Source: Octopus sinensis
Lineage: Eukaryota
Length of the DNA: 64,000 nt
Direction of reading: 5' to 3'
NCBI RefSeq assembly: GCF_006345805.1
Contig: NW_021833286.1
Coordinates: 14,840-78,839, forward strand
Shown here: one piece after another, positions 1 to 15,080 of the stretch
Layout: every line of letters starts with the position of its first letter
Numbering within the stretch: position 1 is the first letter of the stretch
The notes under the pieces: generated by a model
Database searches by the model: none
The model's input: the letters and a program-made list of their open reading frames with translations, nothing else
Told to the model about the DNA's origin: nothing
Program-made: the position numbers and the translations under genes

Positions 1-853
1 TCGGCGAGACATATGCAGGAAGACAAAGATAAAGGTGTACAAGGCATGTGTACTCCCTTCTCTTCTCTATGCCTGCGAGACGCGGGTCACATATCGATAC
101 CACCTTACACAACTGGAACGTTTCCATCAGATGTGTCTCAGACGGATCTATGGCATTAAGTGGGAGGACCGCATCAATGATCTTGAAATATTGGAAGGCT
201 CTCAGTGCGAAAGTATAGAAGCTCTTGTGTTAAAGCAAAGGCTCAGATGGTCATCTGGTCAGGATGAAGGATTCAATGAGTTAGCTAAAGGAGAATGACC
301 TCCACATAAACCAAAAAGGAGGTATAAGGACTTGCTGAAGGCTTCCTTAAGAGATGCTTGCATCTCTCCTGACACATGGGAGGGCATATCTATTGATCGT
401 AGCAGGTGGAGAAGGATTGTGCTCGAGAGGACAGCTACTTTTGAGAAATCTCGAGTTGCGCATAAGAAAGTAAGGAGGAATGTCAGGAAGGGCGTCGCTG
501 TTACACTTCCAGATGAGAAGGGTCTTCCTATGATGCTGACATGCAGTGTCTGTGCAAGACCCTGCTTCAGTAAAGCTGGACTCAAGAGTCATCTTCGCAG
601 TCATAAAGCGAGACAGATGAGTGACAACCAGGCCACTGGTGGTGGTGTTACACACCATACTAATCATATCTGTCAGGCATGTGGAAGAGAGTGAAATTCG
701 GTGGGAGGACTTAAACGACATGCAAAGGTACATGAAGCACAGTTACAACTACAGCCGGTTATTACCGGTAAAGGTATTAGTTGCCAATTCTGTACAAGAC
801 ATTGAATATCTTTAGCTGGACTAAAAAGTCACATTCGATCACAGCACCAATAA
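1..853 (+). mobile_element. 3' end of an RTE-clade LINE ORF (decayed) with three C-terminal C2H2-like zinc fingers
   Basis: YKACVLPSLLYACET...ERFHQMCLRRIYGIKWEDRI...QRLRW and DRSRWR are typical RTE post-RT motifs. Fingers in one frame: CSVC..HLRSH (from 542), CQAC..HAKVH, CQFC..HIRSQH, ending at TAA 851-853. In-frame TGAs at 296, 692 and 803. Confidence 0.85.
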
Positions 854-1204
854 CAGTTAAGCTTCGTGCAATGGTCATACTCGATAACGTGCGGGCAGCC
901 ATCGTGTATATATACCAGCTGATCTTCAAGGACAGTAATGTGGTGTCAGCTACATAATATTAAAAATAACCACAAGCATACCATCATTCACTTTCATGCA
1001 TTTATATGTGAGGTATTATATACATATATGTATGTGTGTGTGTGTGTGTACATGTGTGTTAGTCTTTATACTATATTAAAACAGTTTTGCTTCGTATTGA
1101 ATGATTACTATATATATTTAATAGAATGCAAATTTATCCTTTAACAAAGATTGCATTGAGAGTGACTTCGAAATTTCGCGACGATAAGGTATCATCAGAC
1201 ATAT

Positions 1205-1243
<39 letters not shown>

Positions 1244-1261
1244 TATGTGTGCGTGTGTGTC

Positions 1262-1440
1262 TTTGTGATGTTGGTGTGTTTATGTCCCCGAAACCTAGAG
1301 GTTTGGCAAAAGAAAACGATAGAGTAAGTACTAGGCTTACAAAGAATATATACTGCGGTCGATTTCTTCGACTAAAGGCGGTGCTCCAGCATAGCCACAG
1401 TCAACTGACTGAAACGTGTGAAAGAATAAAGGAATAAAAG
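1262..1440 (+). mobile_element. Fragment of an abundant SINE-like interspersed repeat
   Basis: Similar to the reverse complement of 36708-36900 (gactaaaggcggtgctccagcat...actgaaac). Confidence 0.6.
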
Positions 1441-3683
1441 AAATTATTATCGCAAAATGTCTTCGTATCTTGTAGAGTTCCATTTTTATATCCACTACTC
1501 TCCTCACTCTTTCACTCGCTGCCTGTCTTACTTTACACACACACGCACACATACACACACACACACACACGCACTCATACACACGCACACACACACACAT
1601 ACACACACACGCACGCACGCTCAAATATGTATACATACACGCACACGTACGCATATATACAGGCCGACCAATGCCTTGTGAGAGAATTTGGTAGATGGAA
1701 ACTTTGTGGAAGCCACAGGTTCGTAGCGTCAGTTGCTGTAGTCCATATCGGGTCTGCCTACCTTTCTAATGTTCACAGACCATTGCGCAGTTCTCATGAT
1801 ATCAGCATTTTGAACACACTTAAGTCTTTTCCAATATTTGGATAGCTTCTAGTTCTCATATCAGCTAACTCTTTTTTAATTTCAACTTTAATCTTTATGC
1901 TCTCCCACGCTGTTGACTGCTCCGCAATACATTAATATGAAAAAAGGCATAGGGAAATTAGCCAAATCTAATCGCAACACCCTGTGTGTGTGTGTGTGTG
2001 TGTGTGTGCATGCGCGCGCGTGTGTTTCGGTTTGTCTTCCAACACTACTTCACAACCAGAGTGGGTTTGTTTCCTTTACCGTCAATTAGATGATTAGAAA
2101 AGAAAACCGAGATGCTAAGTGCAACACTTGAAAAATAAACAGTAAGGTCAATTCGTTCGACCAAACCCTTCACAGCGATGCCCCAACAAGGCTGCAGTCC
2201 ACTTTATTCTTATATTCTTTCCCTCATATGCTTACAGAATGTTATGTTGCTGCCGTTAAATTAAGAGGAGTTCTTTGTTTCAGACTAACGAAAGGTATTT
2301 CTAAAAGCTGCAGAGACACAGAATGAAACTGAAAATTAAGAAATGAAATTATAGATAAAGAAGAAAAACCAACAGAAATCAAAATGATAAATGGATTAGT
2401 GAATAAATGGTAAAAGGAAAAACCTTCAAACGGGAATAGAGGAATAAAGAATGAGAAATGAGTGAATTATGAAAAAAGAGATAAAACCCCCAATATTTGA
2501 AACAACGAGCGAAAGATTAAAATATATAAATATTAACTTCATAGGAATTTTAAAACTTCGAAAGAATTTGAAATAATAATTTTTTAGAACGGTGAAACTC
2601 GAAGCAGATAAAGCTATAAAAATTAGTGTGTAAATTTGAGTAAAAAAAAAAAACCTTTTTGACAGAAAAGTGAGGCAGTCTTGGACTTTTTCATCCCAAA
2701 AGGTGAATCTAAATATTTCACACGCTATTAGTAATGGTTTTATCTGCTTTGAATTTCACTGTTTAATAAAAGAATTAAAATAAATATATAAAAGAATGTA
2801 GGAATAAAGGAACGAGAAAATTTACAGGAATAGGACGAATACTGGAATAAGAAGGCTAGAAAATGTATGAAAAGAAAGGTTAAAAAGAGAAGACAGAAGC
2901 TACTTAAACGACCATTACTGACGCGTTTGAATGAGACTCAAAATACAAGCTAAAAAAGAAAAGAAGAATGAACAGTTTGTTGAATGAGAGGAACGAATGA
3001 AATGGAGAACTGTAGAGAAGAAAAGTCCAAGGAAAGAAACGCCTTAGAAATAATAATGATAAAAATAAAATAAAATAAAACAAAAATAACCAGCAATGAT
3101 CGCATAAAACTTATTTCAAAATAAATATTAACGTAAAAGAATGTGAGAGTGGAAGAATGATAAAACGAACATAAAGTAAAAGGATTATCAGAATGTTGGA
3201 ACGTGATATCTCACCTTGCATCATTTTATGTTATCTGTAGTATCATCTACGTTAAAGAGTTAAACACTTTTAAATAGTTTAACTGGAAAAGGTAAGAGAT
3301 GTTAGTGCTGGAATGACAGTAGTGGATAACAAGTTTAACTTTTGCAAAGATACACCGCACACATATGGACACAAAGACGCGCGCATACACACACTGATAT
3401 ATAGATACACATACACAGATGTACGTCTTTCTAAAAAGAAGAGATATATACAATTATAAACGCAGGGCTATATATACATATATATATATATATTTATATA
3501 TATATATACATACATATATATATATATATACATATATATTTATTTGTTGAAATAGAAAGATGAATTCAAAAGTTTAACCGATACCTGGGTAGCAAAAATC
3601 CCAGCAGAAAAAAGCACGGTTGGAGATAAGACCATTTGGTGTTGCAACCGTGCGTTGGTGCGGATAATTGAAGTTTAATATTA

Positions 3684-4033
3684 ATAGTGAATGGAAGAAA
3701 TGGAGTTGAACGAAGATTGTACAGAATTCCTTTTATTACATTCTACACATGTTTCAAAGGCCACAAATTTCCAAATTCTGATTAAATAAGGGTACCATAT
3801 TGTGGCTTTCTCTCCAGGAAAAAACAGGAATTCCGTTGACAGAACAAAACAAAACTGTTCTGTTTTGTTTTGTTCTGTCAACGGAATTCCTGTTTTTTCC
3901 TGAAGAGAAAGCCACAATATGGTACCCTTATTTAATCAGAATTTGGAAATTTGTGGCCTTTGAAACATGTGTAGAATGTAATAAAAGGAATTCTGTACAA
4001 TCTTCGTTCAACTCCATTTCTTCCATTCACTAT
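3684..4033. repeat. Near-perfect 350-bp palindrome (172-bp arms, 6-nt loop)
   Basis: 3684-3855 is the reverse complement of 3862-4033; I saw one mismatch (ctccagg vs cctgaag). ORFs 3681..3917(-) and 3800..4180(+) give near-identical peptides for this reason. Confidence 0.95.
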
Positions 4034-4049
4034 ACATATATATTTATAT

Positions 4050-4146
<97 letters not shown>

Positions 4147-6710
4147 GTATGTATATATATATGTATGTATGTATGTATAATGTATATATAATGTGCAGGC
4201 GTGGCTGTGTGGTAAGAAGTTTGCTTTCGAAACGTATGATTCCGAGTTCAGTCCCACGGCGCAGCACCTTTGGCGATCAGTTTCTTGAAACCGTAGTTGA
4301 GGTAAATTTAAAGCAAACTGCACGAGATTCTGCAAATTTTCAGTTCAGGTCACACGTTGGTCATAAAGCAGTATCATAAATTAAGAAAATTGTCTGAAAT
4401 TGCTGAATTTGTTACTCATCCTTTGATTGCTTCTGAGCGGAGTCAATGAAATGACCTCTGCTCATCATTAAAGATTTGACTAGCTACCGAGCCTTGTTGA
4501 AATTGTGCTTCTATAATCGGATCCCACGAAAATGTTCAGCATCCAATAAAAAAAAAAAATAATGAGAATCCATCCACAAGCTAGCACTAAACAAATGGAG
4601 TGGGTTACAGCTGCAGGAATGCTATTGATTCCAGGTTTGCTCTACAAGGAATTCTTTACGACTTCCAAAGCATTTTCATGCGTTTTTCCTAAACGTCTGT
4701 TTTGAGACTTGTAGTAAAGCATTGTTTCGTACGATCTGAGTAATATACGTCTTCCCTTTTATAAATTCCACGTTATTCTGGTCGTTGAAAAGAAAGGTAA
4801 TTTATATCATATATGATGCATATATCTTCAAGTCGAAGATCAATGCTCTCAAATTTTGGCCTAGCCAGCCAGCCAGCAACGTGTAAGGGAGGGGGTAAGT
4901 CAATTACGTCGACCGCAGTCTTCATATACACACAAAAACGCACCCATCCACCCATCCACCCATCCATCTCAAAGGATTAAAGAACAGGCCGTCGGTAGCA
5001 CTTGAATGCAGAACATAAAGAAGAAAATTAATGACATCAATCTTAACGATCTCGAAGTGTCAGTAAAGGCCATGGTAACTGTCCCACCCTCAAACCTCAG
5101 GAAGCAGGAAAAAAAAGAAAAATAATAAAGAATATAGATTAAAATATATATATTAAAAATGAAAGGCATATTGAAAAAGTTCTAATCATACTCTGATAGA
5201 GACAAAAAAATAATGTTAATAAAGACGGGATGAATACGGCAGCCATGTCATTGATCATAGGCCTTATCGATCTGGGCGACAAGAACAAATATAACGACCA
5301 CAACATCACTAGCAATAACAATAACGCCTACGACGACTAACCAACAATAACAACTACAGCAACAGCAACAATAAAAATATAAGCAACAACAACGGAACAC
5401 GATCAAAGGCGCTGCTAATGAATAACTTTATAGTAGAAAATCGAAATGTTGGAAGCCTTAGTTAAGCCATTATGACGTTCATTATGCTCGTGTTTTTGTC
5501 AGAGTTCGTCAAACCGGTGACAGGAATTGAGTCGAGAATATCACCTATAGAAATTTGCTACGGCTTTTAAGCTCCGAGAACAGACTCTGTCTCTTATCCA
5601 TTCTGGCCTATAAAATGAAGTAGTTGTCAAGTACTGTGGTCGATATATTATAATTACTATGCTCCCTTAAAACTGATGGTTTTGGGTGAATTACTTGCAA
5701 TTATTTTAGGCTATTGTTTAAGGTGGCGAGCTAACAGAATCATTACAACTCCGTAAAAATGCTTAGGGACGTCTTTTTACGGTTGTTTGTGTCCTGAAGT
5801 CAATAAAATAGGTGAAACCACCAGCTGGTATCATTTCATTTGAAAATGGTAAGAAAAGTTTGGTAAGGAGTAGGAGGGCTACCACTTTTAGCTAGACGAA
5901 TGAGAGCGCAGAGGCTTTTGCGTTGGCTGAATCGGTCCGTACTTCTGTTGTTGTAGTTGTTATTGTTGTTCTCATTGATTTGATGAGGAAGAATAAAGGA
6001 TTAAAACAGCTTTATTCACAAGATACGAAGCGCAATGATATAAACATCCGAACCTGACACAACATGTTTGAAGCATTTCAAAGGAAGGACCTAACACACA
6101 CACACACACACACACACATGTATACGCACACATGTGAGTGTATATATATATATATTTTTTTTCTCTCTATATATATATGTACAAGCACAAACATTTGTAT
6201 GCATGTATATATGCATATATATACACACACACACACACATATATAAGTGTGTAAGTATACATACATACATACCATACATACATACCATACATACACACAC
6301 ACATACACACACACACATATATATATCGGTTTATACATTATACATGTATATTTCTATTTTCTATTTAAAAATAGCTGTACAGATATGTATCTAAATTTGT
6401 ATTTGAATAGATATCTATATACGTATGTATTATGAGGCATATGCGCTCGAATGCACATATGCATACACCAGCTAACTGCTCATGTGATACGAGTTAAAAT
6501 TGTCGCAAATTAGAAGAAAAGTCAAGATGTAATGATACTGAAGCGGGAAGTGCATTTTTATCTATGAGACATGGCATGTTAGTTACTACTTCGAGTCGGT
6601 ACCGCTGCTTTCTTAAATCTTTTTATTTCGCGCGCACGCACGCACACACACACACACAACACACACACACACACACACCACACACACACACACTCACACA
6701 CACTCACATA

Positions 6711-6761
<51 letters not shown>

Positions 6762-7045
6762 TCACCTTTATCATCTTATTACATCTTTGCGCTTCAGAAA
6801 TTCTAAATTCTATTCGACGTTCTGTGTTTTATTAACTTTTATATCTGATCTTGTACTCGTACCACTCATTGGATAGTGACCAAGCTGGGCGACCGCCCTG
6901 AAGGGTTTCAGTCGAGAAATTCGACACCGGTTCTTATTGGTTTTTAAGTCTGAACTTAACAATCACTTTCTCCGAGCTGCTGAGATACGAAGAATTGAGC
7001 AAACCAACACAGATGGGGAAAACACTAAAAGATTCACGCTCCCAT

Positions 7046-7083
7046 ATCTATCTACCTACCTACCCACCTACCTACCTACCTAC

Positions 7084-7147
<64 letters not shown>

Positions 7148-7188
7148 TCTATCTATCTATCTATCTATCTATGTCTGTCTGTCTGTCT
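7046..7188. repeat. (TACC)n/(TATC)n/(TGTC)n microsatellite, 5' flank of the Tx1-like LINE
   Basis: Direct reading. Confidence 0.95.
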
Positions 7189-7401
7189 GGATAGACGCAA
7201 ATCAAATGGGCTCCACGTAAGTTGGTAGTTTTCTACGTTTAAAATTGTTGATTGTCAAACATTTTATGTCTAAAAGGTGTACAACAATACCCAAATCATA
7301 CTTTCATTAACATCCACACAAAATTTCGCCCTTTGTGGACAAAATTTTAAAAAATTCTCAAAGGCTTCGTGGTTTTATTTTAGCCATTTTTATTTTCAAA
7401 A

Positions 7402-7511
7402 ATGGCTACCGGTCACCACGAATCCAAAGAGCAAGTCAAGCGTGACGGCGAAACAAAAGGGCAAGATTCCCTGCAACCAAATGCTGAACCTGACAGTTTG
7501 AACGCCACTAA

Positions 7512-7544
<33 letters not shown>

Positions 7545-7920
7545 CAACAACAGCAACAACTACAAAACCAGGCCGTCCACCGTCACCGCTACCAATGATT
7601 CCACCATCAACACCGACACCACCACCATGGCAGTTTCTGCTACTACAACTGCTTCCTCTGCTAACGATACCACTACCAAAACCAAGGTCGCAAAACCAAG
7701 GTCGCAAGGCCAACACCCGTCACCGCAACCAATGATTCCATCATCAACACCGATACCCCCCTTGACAACGCTTACGACGTTGATTTCCCTATACTGCTTT
7801 CACCACAATTTCATGAAAGAAGGAAAATGGGGGAAAGTAGCACAAGCGCAAGTGCAAGCATGAACGCTAACATCGCGCCCTCCACTCAAAAACTGGTAAA
7901 CAATTCGACTTCACAGTTAT

Positions 7921-7972
<52 letters not shown>

Positions 7973-9578
7973 GAACGACTCTGCCACAAACATTACCACC
8001 AACACCACCACCTCCACAAAAAACAAGACGAATTTCGCGGAAGCAATACGACCGAAAAGAAGAATCCTAAAATTTACTCATCAACAAATACAAGACACAA
8101 AGTCCTTGCTCACCAAAGAAGGCGACACCATACATTTAAATATTCCATGGAACATTATAGAAGAAATACAAAAGAAGACCATCATCTACAAATTACTCAA
8201 CACCAAAACAAAAAGACCAGAAAGCCCACCTACAGAAATATTCGAGAAGTGCCTCTCTTCCGTGTGGAAATTTCGAAATTATGTGAATTGGGGGAATAAA
8301 TTTGCTACCGTGCAACTTCGCTTCCATATGGAAGAACTAGCAAAAGAGTTTTCAACGCTTACTCTGCGCACAGACCAAGTAACAATGGTACCTAGCTACC
8401 TTGGGCGCAGAGTAACGAAAATAACATTAAACAATGTGTCTCCAGAAGTGGATACCCAGTGGCTTGTATCGGCTATCTGCTTCGATATAGAAGAAGCATA
8501 TATTTTAGAAATAGCCGACATTCCAGAGGAAAGCTGGACTGGTAAAAAATTCGAAATATTGCTTCAATTCTCCCAAGAAGCAATAAACAATTTGCCAACC
8601 AGTCTTCAACTGAAAAAAGAACCAAAGATTGTATGTAGTGGTAGAGGGCAGGAGGCCAAGATGATATTTGTGCAACAGTGAGGCACACCTCAGATACGAT
8701 TGCCCAACTGCTGCCAGAAATAGGCAACAGCAACGGCAACCACTCCCAAAACCTGGAAGAAAATCCCTGCTACCCACACCACCCAAAAGACAGGAAAAAC
8801 AGCAGACAATACAAAAACTGTTTCCCCCTCACCAACCACATCACCAAGAAGAGAATTACCTTCGACGTCGCAACCAACTAGAGAAACAACACCACCACCA
8901 ACATCAATACACATACCAACACCAACACCAGCACCAAGAACAACAACTAGGAAAACAATGAACAATGACAAAAAGACAAATTCTGTCCCTAATACCCCAA
9001 CAGCACAAACACCACACAAAACAATAATACCTACAAACACACACATAGACTCAAACGCGGTGCCTTTAACCCCTTCTGATTCTTCAGACTTTTCGGCTAA
9101 CGACGAAAGTTCAACAGAATGGCAAATATCCACCGAGATAAAAGAAAAAGATAAAAAAAAAATCAAACAAGAAAATGCAACCAAAGCAGGGAGATATCTG
9201 AAACCTGAAAGCTCCTTACACAACCAAACCAGCACCAACACCACAAAAACACACACAATGCTATCAGCGATAGACACCAAAGACTCAAAACTAATGGAGT
9301 ACATCACAGCCCACACAAAGATGACTTCAAAACTAACAACCATCCACGCACTACACCACCCAAACACATCAAAATACTCCACATCACACAGACATAACAC
9401 CACACACTCAAAGCCCTCTTTCCAAATGTGGTTGGGGGGTTTCAAAAATATCTCTCGAAAAAACTCTATAAAAAACCCCTCCAAGACACATCAAAGGACG
9501 AGGAAGCCAAAACTTTCGACACAAGTAAGTAACTCTCTGTTCCTTACTTTTTGTGTTTTAAAGCACACATCTCAATAG
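7402..9578 (+). pseudogene. Tx1-like ORF1 (gag-like), frameshifted
   Basis: Overlapping Thr/Asn/Pro-rich ORFs 7402-7863, 7827-8681, 8668-8961 and 8958-9578. Knuckle VEGRRPR*YLCNSEAHLRYDC (Cx2Cx4Hx4C with the first Cys as TGA). Confidence 0.65.
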
Positions 9579-9582
9579 GATC

Positions 9583-12500
9583 ATGGTCAAGAGTGGTTGT
9601 GTGAATGCGCGTGGCTTGGGGTCTCCTTGGAAACAAGGGTACCTCCTAAATGACATCAAGTTACACGATTTGGGAATTATAGCTATAAGTGAGACCAGGC
9701 TCCACGAGCCACGGGCCCGAAAGTCCATGTTCGGCGGACAGTAACATTTATTTTTCTCCCTGTCTGCCGAGAATGGGCGGTAGTGGCACCGCGGTACTTT
9801 TTCACAAGAGCCTGGATCTCGAAGTCAAGACGATATTCGTAGACCTGGAGGGTAGACTGGTCGTCCTGGATGTCGACGGCAGCAATGGGTGCGCTTTTCG
9901 ACTCGTATCAGTCGACGCACCGCCTTTAACAGGTCGGCCGGATTTCTTTTGACGTCTAGAAGTATTCCTGGGAACGTCACATCCTTTACTTTTAGTGGGG
10001 GGTTGGAATGCTACCTTGGACACGCATCTAGATTATGTGGGGAGAGACAAAAACAGAAGGGGATGCAAATGCCTCAGAGACCTGCTCAGACGATTCCAAC
10101 TGTCTGACAGGTACCGACTTGACCACCCAAATGCACCAAAGTGGACATGGAGCAACCGCAGTGGGTCGTCGAGATCGTATCTAGATAGGATACTGTGTAG
10201 GACAGTAGACAGGGATAACTTAGGATGTCCACAATTCCACACAGTCAGCTACACGGATCACAAATTGGTGACGTGTACGCTAGACATAGATAAGGCACAT
10301 AGACAGGGTCCTGGTTACTGGAAACTAAACGCATCTTTCCCGTCCAGACAAGTTTTCAGAGACAGAATCAACACGTTAATAAAGAGGGCTTTAACAGGAG
10401 CCATTGTCAACAACAAATGGTGGTTCGCCCTCAAGAGAGCAGTAAAAGCGGAAGCAATTAGATATAGCAAGGCACTAGCCGTAGATAGAAATAGAGTAGA
10501 GGGTAAGTTAGTTAAGAAGTTAGAAGAGACAATAAGAAGCGGCATCACATCCGACGTTTTAGCGGCGAGGTTGGCCTTCGACCAACACTTCAACTCCAAA
10601 CACGAAGGGTGTGCTGTCAGAGCTAGGATGCGTGCTCTAAGGATGGAAGGTGTTGGAACCGCGAGAGAGGCCCGGGTGGTGGAGGCGCAGCAGGGCAACA
10701 AAGCCACCATTCGGTCTCTGGTAGATGAACACGGGCGCGAATTGCTCGAGCCCAGCAAGATGTGCGAGGCATTTCAGCGGCACTTTGCCCGACTGTACGG
10801 GACGAGTGGCGAGCGTGAACGCAAGGTGGACTTCAGTGCCTACCTACACAGCCTACTACGACTCTCGGCAAGAGAGGAAGAGTGCTGCAAAGGTGACATC
10901 ACGGCGGCGGATGTGCGGGACGCAATGGCAGAATGCTCGAGAGACAAATCGCCGGGTTTGGATGGTCTGCCCTACGAGTTTTACAATTGTATGCCAGACT
11001 TGTTTGGAGATGTCTTGGCAGCGGTATACTGCAACTGGCAGCAAAACGGGAGCATACCCCGTTTTGTGAGTCGAGGATCCGTAACGCCGCTGAAGAAAGA
11101 TCCAAACAAGGGGTACATTATAGATAACTTTAGGCCCATCACTCTGCACAATGCAGACCTGAAAATGTTGACCATGGTGTTAGCCAAGAAGTTGGCGTTT
11201 GTCATCGAGAAACTTGTCGACAAGGCGCAAACGTGCGCCGTGCCGGGCCGGAGCATCCATCTGATGCGCTACATCATAGACAGAGTAGTTAAGGAACCTG
11301 GCATGGGTGGGGCCCTGATCAATTTAGATCAATCGAAAGCCTTCGATAGGGTAGACCATCAATACTTGGAGGCAGTTCTGAGAGCGGCTGGTTTCGGTCT
11401 CGTCTTCTGCGGCTGGATAGCTGCTTTGTCGAAAGGTATCCGTTCGGTAGTTCGCGTAAATGGACATCTATCGAAACCTTTTGACATTGCACGTTCGGTC
11501 CGTCAGGGATGCCCCCTCTCGTCGCTTCTATACGTATTGACTCTCGAGCCACTACTGCGGAAGCTGGCGACTCTGAGGGGCATCCCGCGAGAATTGGGAT
11601 GCGGGATGAGCGTGTCTGCATACGCGGATGACGTCACCGTCATCAAGCCACGAGCACATCCAGGTGGTCGGTAGGAGTTGCTCGGGGTCTGGTTCGGTTC
11701 GGACCTCCAAGTGGAGAAGAAATGGAACGAGATAACGAGTAGGGTGGTCACTCTCGCCCGGCAATGGGCCGAGAGGAAACTGTCCCTAAATGGTCGGGCG
11801 GAGGTGGCGAACACGTATATCGCGTCCATTATCTACTACCGCCTGACCGTCGTACCTTATCCCGATCCTACCATCACCAAACTAGAACGCATTCTCTTCC
11901 GTGTCTTGTGGAAAGGATGCGTCCTGATGGTCAGGCGATCCATTTGCTGTCAACACCCGTTAAAAGGAGGGCTTGGCATGCCGTGGTTGATGATGCGCAG
12001 AAACGCGCTTAGACTGCGACATCTCCAGCTCTATGTAGACGACGGTGAACAGGTGTGGTCGCCGTTTATGAGGCACGCTTTTTCGCAGCTCGTCTCCATG
12101 ACCGAACTGCAGTCGTGGATCAAAAAGAGGCCGAGGAAGGGCGAATGGCACCGCGAGTGTCGCGTTGCTCTCAAGCAACTCTGCCGTCCCGTTGTGTTGA
12201 ATGACTTCAACACAACCAAAGCATTCTATAGGGGATTAGTGGTGGGGAGGTACGACGACGATCTTGGGGCGAACCTGGGCGTTGACGAGGAATACCTGAC
12301 CCGGCTGTTTGAGACGACTTTCGGGCCGGGACCTATGGAAAAATTCCAGAGATCCCTGGCCTGGCAGTGCTACCAAGAAGCGCTACCCGTTCGGGATAAG
12401 CTCTATAGGCATGGCTCGAGAAACACGGGGCCGACCTGCCCGAGATGCGGGCAGAGCGACGAAACCGCTCTGCACGCAATCGTGCAGTGTCCAGCAATTT

Positions 12501-12844
12501 CCCACCTGTGGGCTTATGTGGAACGACTGATGTCACGTGTCGGACGAGTCGGTTTATCAGCCGAGTCTATCGTCAATATCGTCACGCCCCCTTCCTTCAA
12601 ACCGGAGGGAAGAGCTATTTTTATCATACTTGTGGCTATGGCGAAAAAATGTATCTGGTGGACGCGCCTGAAAGCATTAGAGACAAATACTTTCCTCTCT
12701 GGTCAATCTCTCATCAACTTCTTCAAGTATCACTTGAAAAGGAAAGTGAGAGTAGAGAGGCAAATTTTGTCTAGCGACTGTTTCAAAAAACGATGGGTAG
12801 ATGTAGCAGAGAGTTACTTATTTGTAAATAAATATGTGGCGTAA
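9583..12844 (+). pseudogene. Tx1-like ORF2: APE endonuclease, reverse transcriptase and zinc-finger tail, disrupted
   Basis: MVKSGCVNARGL, ISETR, GGWNA, SYLDRI and TDH endonuclease motifs; KSPGLDGLP, NFRPITL, DQSKAFDRVDH, VRQGCPLS and YADD RT motifs; CPRCGQSDETALHAIVQC. Frameshifts/stops in the endonuclease and an apparent deletion after YADD. Confidence 0.92.
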
Positions 12845-13064
12845 TTGCCCGAGGTTACTGTGGTCTTCCCGTAGGTTTTTCTTTCCACAGATAAACCTCC
12901 CCATTTCTTGGGAACTTTTTGTACTATTTCGACATTTTTTACACATATCCCCAACGATTTCGATCCATTTGATCGTTGTCCCTATTTTTTACTTTGTTTT
13001 CGCCCCCCTCGAAAAGAAAAACTCTACCCTCTCTGTTTAGCCCTGTGTGGCCAATAAAGACACT

Positions 13065-14165
<1,101 letters not shown>

Positions 14166-14329
14166 CGGCGGGCTGCCACGAAAATTCCATCAATCAAATT
14201 CACTAACGTGATGTTGGTCAGCCTGGGGCTCCTGTAGATGACTGATGCTCAAGGAGCCACATAGTTCTTCTGAACCCGAAATTCACACGGGGTTGCAAAA
14301 CGAGCTTCTTAACTACACAACCATACTAT

Positions 14330-15080
14330 ATTATTGGGTTGGCTAAAATTTCCGAATGGTTTTTAAAGCGAAAACACGATACTAGTTTAAACAAAGCGAC
14401 TTATTCAATCAATGATATAATTACAGTTTTGTCATTTTTTCAGTAGATCCATCATTCCGCGCTCAAAGAATTTCCTATCTTTACTAGCGAAAAATCCTTC
14501 CAAGTGAATTAGAATTGAAGGTCCGTGCATTCGATCAATTTCGATCGAATGGCAATCTGAAAGTGCAATATAGGGCGAATATGGAGAGTGTGGCAAAATT
14601 TCTCGATCAGGCTCAGGAAATTCTGCCGCGTTTGCAAAGAAATTTGTAGTGTAGCATTGTTGTGGCAAAAGACAATGCCCGTACGGTTAGCAAGTGCTGG
14701 CCGCTTTTGGTGGATCCCTGTTTTCATTTTGACCATCAATGTGTATTCAAATTGATGGTGATGTCGGTGTGAAGAAACTCTCAAAGGCAACACCCTTCCA
14801 ATCGCACCAAAACAAGGCATAACACGTTCGGGTGATCGTTTGCGCTTCTTATTGTTGCAGACGATCTATTTTAGTCTCCTGTCACCATTCTTTTCAAACA
14901 AATAAAAAATGGGGTAATTTTCGTGACTTTTCTGCAACCAATCACAACAGAAATGCATTGGGTGAAGTTAGCCTCATTCAATTGATACGGGACCCAAGCA
15001 TCAAACATGATGGTGTAACCAAGTCGTTGCAGATAGTTTCCAACACACAGAATTGAAGGGCAAAACTGCATTTCATTTTT
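14330..15080 (-). mobile_element. Decayed mariner transposon
   Basis: Minus-strand fragments WVPYQL, KRMVTGD, HQKRPALANRTGIVFCHNNA and HSPYSPYIALSD; mariner-like TIR start tattgggttgg near 14333. Boundaries approximate. Confidence 0.8.

Larger units (their letters stand above)
7189..13064 (+). mobile_element. Near-full-length Tx1/L1-clade non-LTR retrotransposon (disrupted)
   Basis: ORF1 region with a CCHC-knuckle remnant; ORF2 with APE endonuclease, RT and a C-terminal CCHC motif; 3' UTR ending ccctgtgtggccAATAAAgacact directly into (TATC)n. Confidence 0.9.

Noticed and set aside
4969-5100. Minus-strand signal-peptide-like ORF (MAFTDTSRSLRLMSLIFFFMFC...)
   Set aside because: Stops after 34 codons, has an atypical GAG acceptor and no clear donor.
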